A stretch of DNA of 64,000 nt from Thermoplasmata archaeon. Lineage in GTDB: Archaea; Thermoplasmatota; Thermoplasmata; Thermoplasmatales; GCA-001856825. A program made the translations under genes and the position numbers. Positions 39,376 through 47,963 of the stretch are shown piece by piece; within the stretch, counting starts at the first letter, position 1, and each line of letters starts with the position of its first letter. Where the stretch lies: NCBI GenBank assembly GCA_023256615.1, contig JAGDXO010000022.1, forward strand, positions 5,672-69,671, in the 5' to 3' direction. The notes below the pieces were generated by a model. It did not search any database. It was not told the origin of the DNA and was given only the letters and a program-made list of their open reading frames with translations.

Positions 39376-40498
39376 GCCAATACCAAGTTATAAGCCCGCA
39401 GAGAGGGACTATAGATGAGTATATAAATATAAACTTCAGATTGATCAACGACATCAGCAATGCCATTACAAAAGGAGCAGTGATACCCCCCAAATTACCC
39501 CACAAATTAATCCACCCTCCAACGAATGCCGAACTTTCCTTTCCAGCTATTCTTGTCGATAGTCTCCAAGAACTCAGTAGAATGGGATTTAGGAAAGATA
39601 ACATTACAGTAACAAGAATCAAAAACTCATAAGGATTGTTGAGTACAAAAGTCAATAGCATTGAAATAAATATTATTATATATGACAATTTTGAAATCCC
39701 CGTATCATTTTTCACAGCATCCAATACTATTCCTGATAATATTGCACTCAAAGCCATAAAAATCCATGGAAGAGTAAAGAAAATAAAATTGTTGGTTCTT
39801 ATTCCATATCTTTCAGAAAGAAATGCAGGGTACCAGGTAAGAAAAATGTAAAAGTAGAAATCATATAAGAAAAATGACAATCCAAAGATCCAGAAACTTT
39901 TATTCATTAGCATTTTCCATTTTCCAGGGGACTTATTTATCTTATAGTTAATATTTATACTAAGAAGGATCGAACCTACAAATATACCAGAAAATGCGAA
40001 AACAAGTATGGGTAAATATAAGTATCCAGAAAAATTCAAAAGAATGAATGCGACAATAGGTATTATGGCGGGAGATACATCCCCCAAAGCAGAAACATAG
40101 CTCGTGGCTCTTGCATATTCATGATCATCATAACTTAATCTGACTAAATACATAATGGACGGAAAAATTGGTCCCTGGGTAACCCCCATAAAGAAACTTA
40201 TTACCAAGGCAAATACGAATGATTTATCCAATGAAAGAATTCCAAGCAGTATTGACCACGAAATCATCGAAAAACCTGCAATCCTAGATGGCCCATATTT
40301 TTCAGCAAGCCTACCCCCAGGGACTTGGGTGATTGTATACCCTATATAAAAGGATGAAAAAATAAGTGAAAATAATACCTTTGAGTTAATGTCGAGATTG
40401 GCCATGAATTCTTTATAAAGTACAGATATTGCATACCTGTCTCCGAGAGCAAAGAATGCTCCTAGAGATGCTAAGGCCAGAATTGCCCTTCTGTTCAT
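39338..40498 (-). CDS. Major facilitator superfamily transporter
   Basis: 386 aa with about 12 TM segments and a GGRLAEKYGPSR loop motif between TM2 and TM3. Confidence 0.75.
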   Translation of the reverse strand: MNRRAILALASLGAFFALGDRYAISVLYKEFMANLDINSKVLFSLIFSSFYIGYTITQVPGGRLAEKYGPSRIAGFSMISWSILLGILSLDKSFVFALVISFFMGVTQGPIFPSIMYLVRLSYDDHEYARATSYVSALGDVSPAIIPIVAFILLNFSGYLYLPILVFAFSGIFVGSILLSININYKINKSPGKWKMLMNKSFWIFGLSFFLYDFYFYIFLTWYPAFLSERYGIRTNNFIFFTLPWIFMALSAILSGIVLDAVKNDTGISKLSYIIIFISMLLTFVLNNPYEFLILVTVMLSFLNPILLSSWRLSTRIAGKESSAFVGGWINLWGNLGGITAPFVMALLMSLINLKFIFIYSSIVPLCGLITWYWLGGFRNAEKGHN

Positions 40499-41565
40499 AT
40501 GATTCCAATCTCTTTCAATTTCTCAGGCAAGTATGTGTCTGTGACAAAATTTAGGCCATACTTAGCTAAAGCTTGTTGTTCAGCTTTCTTTCCAAGATTT
40601 AGCATCGTCTCAATCTCTCCTTTCCAGAATGGAGTATTGAACCTCGGATCCTCTAATTCAGCATGGAGGGCTTCAATGTCCTTATCACTCAGTTTGTCCG
40701 TGGGAAGTTCATACCTAACTATGTCAGAAGCAGTAATACCAACGAATTCAGAATTCGGTGTTGCGAGTATGTCTGAAATATGGGCTGTCTTTATTGCTCC
40801 ATAGGCTATTGATGCGAAAATCCTGAAGCTCCAAGGGTCTCCATCTGTGAATACTACTACGGGAATATGAAGTTCTTTATTGAGCCGGTTAATCAAACGT
40901 TTTGTAGATCTGGATGGTTGACCCTTAATATGAACTAGCAGGCTTCGCATTTTTTCATCAAATCTATTTTCCACCAATCTATCGAACATTCCCCCGGTTT
41001 CAATTGCCAATACAAAATCAACATCCTCTGAAACAAATTGTATTTTTTCAGGTTCTACGTTATATGGAATCGTATAGCCGGCATCACCTACATCATCTCT
41101 GCAGTTTATTTCCTTCCATTCCCCCTTCCTGTTCATTTCCTTTAATGTCAGGTTTCCTATTACAGATGCCCCGCTTTCTTCAGGTCTCAACCTCATCTCC
41201 TCTCTTAAGAGCGTAGTCATAACCTCCAGATCTTCAGTCATCATATCTGATTCATCTTGGCTCTCAAATTTTCCAAGTCCCCAACCCTCTGAAATGTAGT
41301 ACATCTCTCTCAAGGTAGATGTTTTTAAATCCTGCTCCATCTCATCTATGAAATCTATTATATAGAGCATTTTCAAGATGCTCTTGGCTGAATTTGTTTT
41401 CGATGCGTATCTCTTAACTGTATTATTACCATATTTCCATACTCCACTTAAATTATCAAAAACAATATTGTCCTTATTTCTGGATTTAAGCTCTACCTTC
41501 GGAATTTGACCTTTCTTCATTTCATTGTAAATTTCATCAACTATTGATTTTAATTTTTCATTCAT
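40495..41565 (-). CDS. top6A: DNA topoisomerase VI subunit A (Spo11 homolog)
   Basis: Toprim region LAIETGGMFDRL and FTDGDPWSFRI. Overlaps top6B by 8 nt. Confidence 0.9.
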   Translation of the reverse strand: MNEKLKSIVDEIYNEMKKGQIPKVELKSRNKDNIVFDNLSGVWKYGNNTVKRYASKTNSAKSILKMLYIIDFIDEMEQDLKTSTLREMYYISEGWGLGKFESQDESDMMTEDLEVMTTLLREEMRLRPEESGASVIGNLTLKEMNRKGEWKEINCRDDVGDAGYTIPYNVEPEKIQFVSEDVDFVLAIETGGMFDRLVENRFDEKMRSLLVHIKGQPSRSTKRLINRLNKELHIPVVVFTDGDPWSFRIFASIAYGAIKTAHISDILATPNSEFVGITASDIVRYELPTDKLSDKDIEALHAELEDPRFNTPFWKGEIETMLNLGKKAEQQALAKYGLNFVTDTYLPEKLKEIGII

Positions 41566-43327
41566 TTTTCAACACCTCTGGTAAAGAATATGCTCCAAGC
41601 AATTTTGAATCTGGCAGATTGACATAAATTTCAGAGGAATCTATGATTTCCCTGTCAAAATTCAATTCCACCTTCTCAAAAGGAGCAAGATTGTTGACTT
41701 TCTGTCTCCATTCACCTTCTCCTTTTAATAACACGGTGAATGAAAGCCTTTCCTCAGTATAATTCTCTGCAAACAGCTTTCCATCTATTTCTCTGAATGC
41801 TACTACCCCCATAACTTTGGAAATTATAGGCTTAATATCCGGCTCCTCCATTCTCAATATTGAGGAGGCTTTCTTTGAAATTGCAGGTATAATCTGCTCT
41901 ATAAGAGAAAATTTCTCCTCAACATGTGTTTTATGTTCTTCCTTTGTTTTCATTGCCCTTATTTGTCTGCCAATTTTTTTAATTACAACATCAAGAGAAT
42001 CAAGTATTTCAGGCACAGGCGCAACAGCTTCTTTAGCCTCAGAGGTATAAGGAATTTTGGTACTTGCAATATGAACCACCATTATAACTGGGCCTATAGG
42101 CAATTGGTCTTTTACAGGCTGAGACAATCCATATTGATTCCATGATATTGAAGAAATGGCCTTCGTAATTGCACAACTTCCCTGCTGATATAGTAAAGGA
42201 ACTCTATTTGTAAATCTTAAAATTTTAACAGGTTCTTCTTTCGGGATATTCCCACCATAAACGGCAATCGCCTCTATAATGAAAGGATGTCCAGAGTATA
42301 CAAAAGGTCCCTTTGAAACAGGCATGGAGAAATATGCTGGATGCATATCTTCGAAAGAATTCAATACACTCTTATAAAGGGCCTCTTCACCGATAGGGGA
42401 CAGAGACTCTTTATTTGGCTCCATAAAGTCAAAACTCTGCATGGTATTCCACAAATTTTCAAAGTCCTTCTGATGCAATTGTGATACGCTCTTCTGGCTA
42501 AGCCCGCTTTTATGAACTATTTCCTTGGAAATATTGGAAGTTATCCTAGAAAAACTATCAGAAATTATTTTTTCTATTGGCTCTTTCTCCCTCTCTCTCA
42601 AAATCGACATAAGCTCCCCCAATTCTACACCATGTGGATGAGGCTTTACTGCTTCCGGGATTTTAGGAGCTTCATTTATGCTTCTTTCAATCTCGAATTT
42701 TCTTTCAGGGAGGAAAACATGGAATGATGCATGAGGGTTTGCTATTGCTGTTTGACGAATATATTCCTCAATCGATTGCTTCCCTCCAACAATTTTTCCT
42801 TTCAATACGAGAGAAATTTTTAACCCGCTATTGACATTCCAAATAATTGGCTCAATAGAATGAATCAAGGGCTCATTTTTCTTGACATTTATTTCAAGAA
42901 TGAAGTGAAAAGCAGTAACATCATCTTTTGTTTTAGTTATAATATCCGCAGGAAGTCCGGTTGTTTTCTGGGCATACATTATCGCTGCTGTTATACCAAG
43001 ACCCTGCTGACCTCTGGTCTGCCTTACTAAATGAAATCTCGATCCATAAAGCATTTTACCAAAAGAGTCCGCCACTTCCTTTCTCGGGATGCCTGGTCCA
43101 TTATCGGTGACAGTTACCTTAAACTTATCCTGTTCAACATTCTCTATTTCCAAGGTAATATCAGGCAGTATTCCGTGATCTCCGCAGGCGTCCAATGAAT
43201 TATCTATGGCCTCCTTTACTGTCATAAAAAGAGCTTTCTGTGGAGAGTCAAATCCAAGCATCTGTTTATTTTTATCGAAAAACTCGGAAATTGATACGGC
43301 TTTTCTTTCAGGGTCAATTATCTTCAT
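41558..43327 (-). CDS. top6B: DNA topoisomerase VI subunit B (GHKL ATPase)
   Basis: Bergerat fold motifs EAIDNSLDA, DNGPGI and GQQGLG. 589 aa. Confidence 0.9.
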   Translation of the reverse strand: MKIIDPERKAVSISEFFDKNKQMLGFDSPQKALFMTVKEAIDNSLDACGDHGILPDITLEIENVEQDKFKVTVTDNGPGIPRKEVADSFGKMLYGSRFHLVRQTRGQQGLGITAAIMYAQKTTGLPADIITKTKDDVTAFHFILEINVKKNEPLIHSIEPIIWNVNSGLKISLVLKGKIVGGKQSIEEYIRQTAIANPHASFHVFLPERKFEIERSINEAPKIPEAVKPHPHGVELGELMSILREREKEPIEKIISDSFSRITSNISKEIVHKSGLSQKSVSQLHQKDFENLWNTMQSFDFMEPNKESLSPIGEEALYKSVLNSFEDMHPAYFSMPVSKGPFVYSGHPFIIEAIAVYGGNIPKEEPVKILRFTNRVPLLYQQGSCAITKAISSISWNQYGLSQPVKDQLPIGPVIMVVHIASTKIPYTSEAKEAVAPVPEILDSLDVVIKKIGRQIRAMKTKEEHKTHVEEKFSLIEQIIPAISKKASSILRMEEPDIKPIISKVMGVVAFREIDGKLFAENYTEERLSFTVLLKGEGEWRQKVNNLAPFEKVELNFDREIIDSSEIYVNLPDSKLLGAYSLPEVLKNE

Positions 43328-44097
43328 AAATCTGCAAACTTAGGATTAACTTTATATTTATTTATATTTGCTGCCATCTTCTGAAAAAAGAATCTTGCCA
43401 TCTCGGGAGAGTAAATTAATAAAGAATTCACTCCCTTAACGGCCGCCTCTATGCACGCCTCTACCGGGGCAAAAGGAATCGCATCAATACTTAATTTATC
43501 TGTAAGGGATTTAGCTATCACTCCATAGGTTCCGATGACTTTTATGTTATTCTTTTTAATGAAATCTCTCAGTTTCCTTGAATTTGCCTCTATCGAATAA
43601 TCTTTGTAATCAATGTGCATTATGTAAAGATCGCCTATTTTATAATCTATTATACCTTCCATATTCTTTACTATTATTGGGTCTCCAGGATTTCCATCTA
43701 TTTCTGCTATGCCCCTTGATTTAGATTTCATTTTCTTAGTAGCACACAGAACTCCATTTTTCATTATTAAGAAAACCCTATCATTTTTCTTAATCCTTTC
43801 TAAAGAAATTGCTTCACAGCTTGATATAAAACCCATCTCATCATAAGCTTTTTCAGCTAAATTGGTCATATTAGCAAGAAATTTCTGTAAAAAAGCAATA
43901 CCTCCAGGCGTCACATTCAAATCTTTATCAATTAGTCCATCCTTAACAAGCATTTTGATATAATTTGACGCACCTTGAGGTGTTATTTTAAGTTCAGATG
44001 AAATTTCCCTCAATTTCTTTTTATTTTTTAAAAGCTCTATTAGAATTAATGCCCTTGTAAGGGCTCCTTTCTCTCTCAGTTCAAGAAGGGAATCCAT
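43324..44097 (-). CDS. Winged-helix transcriptional regulator with uncharacterised C-terminal domain
   Basis: N-terminal HTH (LREISSELKITPQGASNYIKMLVKDGLI). Its stop overlaps the top6B start by 4 nt. Confidence 0.55.
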   Translation of the reverse strand: MDSLLELREKGALTRALILIELLKNKKKLREISSELKITPQGASNYIKMLVKDGLIDKDLNVTPGGIAFLQKFLANMTNLAEKAYDEMGFISSCEAISLERIKKNDRVFLIMKNGVLCATKKMKSKSRGIAEIDGNPGDPIIVKNMEGIIDYKIGDLYIMHIDYKDYSIEANSRKLRDFIKKNNIKVIGTYGVIAKSLTDKLSIDAIPFAPVEACIEAAVKGVNSLLIYSPEMARFFFQKMAANINKYKVNPKFADL

Positions 44098-44127
44098 ATT
44101 ACAATAAAGAGATATTAATTATTAAAT

Positions 44128-44316
44128 TTAAACCCATGTCAGTCTTTCAATTTTCCTATCCTCTTTTGTTTCTTTCTTAAATTTCTTATAATGTTCCTTG
44201 CATAAATGAACTTTAGTTTTCTGAGTACTTAAGGAAAAAACCTTTTCCGCCTCTTTTTTACTGACCGTTTTGAATTTTGGATTTTTACACCCTACAACTT
44301 CGCAGTATTCTTCCAT
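44128..44316 (-). CDS. Small basic Cys/His (zinc-ribbon-like) protein, 62 aa
   Basis: CEVVGC ... HLCKEH arrangement with a Lys-rich tail. Transcribed divergently from the T4SS-like operon. Confidence 0.45.
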   Translation of the reverse strand: MEEYCEVVGCKNPKFKTVSKKEAEKVFSLSTQKTKVHLCKEHYKKFKKETKEDRKIERLTWV

Positions 44317-44375
44317 TTTTAATGATTTAATTTGTACTTATAATCTTTTATATTATTGACAGTAAGAATAAATAT

Positions 44376-44383
44376 TTTATATA
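44376..44383 (+). promoter_or_regulatory. TATA-box-like element upstream of the pilin-like gene
   Basis: TTTATATA lies 28-35 nt upstream of the ATG at 44411, and a GGAGGGG stretch sits at 44402-44408. Whether the mRNA is short-leadered or SD-led cannot be decided from sequence. Confidence 0.35.
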
Positions 44384-44410
44384 TGTATGTAATATCAGCC
44401 AGGAGGGGCC

Positions 44411-44764
44411 ATGAAAAGGAATGCAATATTGATAGTTGCATTACTGGCTGTGCTATCGGTTCAAATCCCGATGGCACATGGCCAGCTAATGAATTCAAGT
44501 ATAACTGCATTGGCAACAACTAGTACGAATTCAACACAGATTAATGGAATTGTAGATAGGGCTTTTGGTATTGTTGCTGGAGTTGCTGGACTGGTAATCG
44601 CAATTTTGTGGGTTCCTATTGCAATAGGCTATTTCTCTAGAGACCTAGATAGAAAGGCAGATGCAAAGGAAAGAACAAAGGATGCATTAATCGGTACTAT
44701 AATTTTCGTAATGGCAATAAGTGGAGTCCTTTACGCAGTGATTCATTACATAGTTGTTGGTTGA
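44411..44764 (+). CDS. VirB2/TrbC/CedA1-like pilin candidate (signal peptide plus two-helix hairpin)
   Basis: 117 aa. Sec-type signal MKRNAILIVALLAVLSVQIPMAHG. NSS and NST sequons. Two hydrophobic helices (AFGIVAGVAGLVIAILWVPIAIGYF and ALIGTIIFVMAISGVLYAVIHYIVV) separated by the charged loop SRDLDRKADAKERTKD. Confidence 0.6.
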   Translation: MKRNAILIVALLAVLSVQIPMAHGQLMNSSITALATTSTNSTQINGIVDRAFGIVAGVAGLVIAILWVPIAIGYFSRDLDRKADAKERTKDALIGTIIFVMAISGVLYAVIHYIVVG

Positions 44765-44774
44765 TAAGATAACA

Positions 44775-45815
44775 ATGGATGCTTACTATTCGATAGGGTC
44801 AGTAGTACTATCCATAATCAGCTACCTAGTATCAGTCTTTACTGCAGGGGGGCTTTCACTACTTATTAATATCTACAATTTATACATTTCAAGGTATTTA
44901 TTGTCCCCTAACCAGGCGTATCCCAGTATAGTATCAGGTACAATTGGGAAAGGGGTTCAGTCACTTTATTACTTTTCACTCTTTCAAATATATGATCCTA
45001 TTTTTTCAATTGTGCTGATAATACTAGGAATAACAATACTTCTGAACAGTAGCTTATCCCTTGGATATAATTTTAAGCACATATGGATAAAAATATTCCT
45101 TATCCTTTTATTGTCTAACATATCATTTTTTCTTTCACAGGACTTACTATATTTAGGATATCTAATTTATTTACAACTTTGGGATTATGGCATCCCCAAT
45201 CATAATTTTTCACAGGGTATAAACATTCTATCTGGTGTACAGTTAGGGGGTACAGCAGGTTCAGAAGTCAGCTTTTTAATACTAATTATTTTTATTTTTC
45301 TAATATTATTCTTAGTGCTTTTTCTCTCAATGAGGCTGGCTATAATTTATACTTTCCCTATTTTACTGCCAATTCTATCAATACTTTATTTGATTCCACA
45401 AACCAAGGAGCTAGCAAGGAGAGGTTGGGATATATTTATAGACTCCATTTTTGCCCCCATTTTAATGGCTTTTCCTTTAATACTGGCTACTTACGTTGTA
45501 AACAACAGCGTTCTAACATTAGGGTTTCTTGCCCTAACAGATTCAATTCCAATAATGTTATCAAAATCCTCGGCTTCGAGAATATCAACTCTATTTTTAG
45601 GTCAGGCAGTCTCTACTGGTACCCAAAGATCGATTGGAATAGCAGTAGGCCTTACTGGCCCTATGAGAAATATAGTTTCTTTTTTTAAAAATGCAGAAAT
45701 GGCAAAAGGACCAAGTAATAATTCAAGAAATAATTCAACAGGTTCATCCAGACAATATTCTAGCAGGAACACAGCAAATTATTCTCAATCTCAGTTCTTC
45801 AGAGGTAAGCCCTGA
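44775..45815 (+). CDS. Polytopic membrane protein, VirB6/TrbL/CedA-like candidate
   Basis: About 7-8 predicted TM helices followed by a Ser/Asn-rich hydrophilic tail. The ATG at 44775 lies 10 nt after the pilin stop. The ORF track starts at the TTG at 44754. Confidence 0.5.
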   Translation: MDAYYSIGSVVLSIISYLVSVFTAGGLSLLINIYNLYISRYLLSPNQAYPSIVSGTIGKGVQSLYYFSLFQIYDPIFSIVLIILGITILLNSSLSLGYNFKHIWIKIFLILLLSNISFFLSQDLLYLGYLIYLQLWDYGIPNHNFSQGINILSGVQLGGTAGSEVSFLILIIFIFLILFLVLFLSMRLAIIYTFPILLPILSILYLIPQTKELARRGWDIFIDSIFAPILMAFPLILATYVVNNSVLTLGFLALTDSIPIMLSKSSASRISTLFLGQAVSTGTQRSIGIAVGLTGPMRNIVSFFKNAEMAKGPSNNSRNNSTGSSRQYSSRNTANYSQSQFFRGKP

Positions 45816-46396
45816 TGGTTCATATAATGAAATTTAGACAGGTTACTCTTAAATTAGGTCCTCTAGAAGATATCCTGCTATATAGGGCCTTAATTTTATC
45901 ATCTATAGTTATCTTTTCAGTTTTCATAATTGGATTTTATGGTTTATTAAGCATCATCATTATGATAATCTTTCTATTTCGGATAAACGATGATTTCCTA
46001 GATCAGTACCTTATCAAAATTATTAAGGGTGACAAGAGAGTTGAGCTAATAAATATCGCGGACAAGTATCAGTTATATGAGATATTCTCAGAAACGTATG
46101 GCTATTCTGAATTTCAGGATAGAGAAATAATAAGTAAATGGACAGGATTTATAAGCACCTTTAAATCAGATATCTTGATAATAAGATTTCCTTACAGGAT
46201 TCCGATAGAGAATTTTAAAGATAAAAACGATGGATACAATTCTTTATTTGATAAGAGTACTTATGTCGGGGAGGCTTATTTTATAGGCGTTTTTAAAGAA
46301 TTATCAGAAGATTTCGAAAACAAGGCTTCTGTTTCAGGTTTATTTTTTAGAAAATTGGAAGAAAATGAGGTGAAGGAACTAGATGGTTTCATCTGA
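45815..46396 (+). CDS. Membrane-hairpin protein (VirB3-like / detached VirB4 N-terminal region candidate)
   Basis: 193 aa. N-terminal double hydrophobic segment ALILSSIVIFSVFIIGFYGLLSIIIMIIFLF followed by a soluble domain. TGATG stop/start overlap upstream and a 14-nt overlap with the ATPase downstream. Confidence 0.4.
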   Translation: MVHIMKFRQVTLKLGPLEDILLYRALILSSIVIFSVFIIGFYGLLSIIIMIIFLFRINDDFLDQYLIKIIKGDKRVELINIADKYQLYEIFSETYGYSEFQDREIISKWTGFISTFKSDILIIRFPYRIPIENFKDKNDGYNSLFDKSTYVGEAYFIGVFKELSEDFENKASVSGLFFRKLEENEVKELDGFI

Positions 46397-47963
46397 AAAA
46401 AAGTCAAAAGGAACTCAGAAGGCGGATTATATGATAAAAAATTCTTCAGCGATATCGTACCTCGGCGTGAGAGATATACCATTTGAACTAAGAGACGACT
46501 TCAGAATAAGAATAGCCTATGGTGGAAGATATGTTGGGCAGATAATACATATACACCATATCCCTGAGAGAAGTAGCTGGACAATAATTACACGTGAAAT
46601 AGAGAAGATAACTCTAAATCTTGTAGGTAAGGAGAACGTGAACGATCATCAAAATGAAAAGAATAAAATTGCTCTATCAAATTTGAATTCTTTAAAGGAA
46701 GATATTGCATCTGGTAAATCATCTATATTGAGATATTCAATGAGCTATTTTATAAGGGCCGAACCTTCTAAATTGAGAATAATTAAGGAAGAACTCATTA
46801 AAAATCTAAGAAATTTAGGCGTACAATTAAATATCTCATTATTTGATGATTACAGGACCAGAAATAAAACTATAACGGGGCAGCAGAAAGGGGTGTTTTT
46901 AAATCCGGAGTCAGTTTCATACCTAATACCGGTAAATTACTCTTATACACTTCAGGACGGAGGAACCTTTTATGGAATAGATGAAATAACAAAGGCTCCC
47001 GTATTTCTGAACAGAAAAAAATTTCCATCTTCCCACGAATTGGTTTTAGGTATGACCGGATTTGGAAAATCTTTTTTCATAAAAATTACAATGATGAGGG
47101 AAAAGATTTCAAGAGGAATAAATGTAAAGATAATAGATCCCTTGGGCGAGTACGAAAATGTTAGTCTTACTATCGGGTCTAAAAAAATAGATCTTTTAAA
47201 TATGGAAATGAACATGTTTGAAAAAATTGAATATTTATCAATAAAGGAAAACGTTGATAGAGCTTTAGCATTATTCATTACCTTATTTGATTTAAACACT
47301 GAGGACAAGGGAATAATTGATACCGCTTTAACTCTGATGTTCGAAAACGATCAAAGTATCAAATTTCTACAGGAATTTATCAAAAATAATAGACCAGAAA
47401 CTTACAGCAAAATATCACCATTGTTTGAAGGTTCCTTGAGAAAATTTGTGACAGGAAAGAACCCAGATCTTAGAGGGGACGTAATAATAAACCTTGGAAA
47501 CATCCCAAAGAGATTATTGAGTTTTTACATGCTCTTATCGCTTGATTTGATAATGAGAATTAATGAAGAAAAGGAGACTAATTTGATAATTGATGAGGCA
47601 CACTATCTGATGAGTGAAGACACAGTCACGTCTCTTGAAAGATATTTGAGACACGCGAGACATAATAATATCTCTATGATTTTAATATCACAATCTGCAA
47701 ATGATTTTTCAAGATCTAAATCAACTATTTCGATAATGGAAAACTGTTCGATACATATATTATTTAGGCATCAAAATGTTAACGATGAAATTATAAATTT
47801 TTATAATTTAGATGAAAAGCTTATAGATTTTGTAAAATATGGCGCTGGCTTTAATGGAAAATATTCCCTAGCTATAATGAAGGTTCCAGGTTATGAGTCA
47901 ATTTTACGAATAGAGTCAAATAAATGGGAAATGGGATTATTGAATGAAGTACGTAAAAGTTAA
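46383..47963 (+). CDS. VirB4/TrbE/CedB-like type IV secretion ATPase
   Basis: Walker A LGMTGFGKSFF followed by VKIIDPLGEY, Walker B NLIIDEAHYLMS, then ISMILISQSANDF and CSIHILFRHQ. This order and spacing is typical of VirB4-family ATPases. Confidence 0.65.
   Translation: MVSSEKKSKGTQKADYMIKNSSAISYLGVRDIPFELRDDFRIRIAYGGRYVGQIIHIHHIPERSSWTIITREIEKITLNLVGKENVNDHQNEKNKIALSNLNSLKEDIASGKSSILRYSMSYFIRAEPSKLRIIKEELIKNLRNLGVQLNISLFDDYRTRNKTITGQQKGVFLNPESVSYLIPVNYSYTLQDGGTFYGIDEITKAPVFLNRKKFPSSHELVLGMTGFGKSFFIKITMMREKISRGINVKIIDPLGEYENVSLTIGSKKIDLLNMEMNMFEKIEYLSIKENVDRALALFITLFDLNTEDKGIIDTALTLMFENDQSIKFLQEFIKNNRPETYSKISPLFEGSLRKFVTGKNPDLRGDVIINLGNIPKRLLSFYMLLSLDLIMRINEEKETNLIIDEAHYLMSEDTVTSLERYLRHARHNNISMILISQSANDFSRSKSTISIMENCSIHILFRHQNVNDEIINFYNLDEKLIDFVKYGAGFNGKYSLAIMKVPGYESILRIESNKWEMGLLNEVRKS

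Noticed and set aside
44319-44519. 66-aa minus-strand ORF overlapping the start of the pilin-like gene, and the 87-aa alternative-frame ORF at 45425..45688
   Set aside because: Both overlap much better supported genes and have low-complexity translations with no start context. They are likely spurious.
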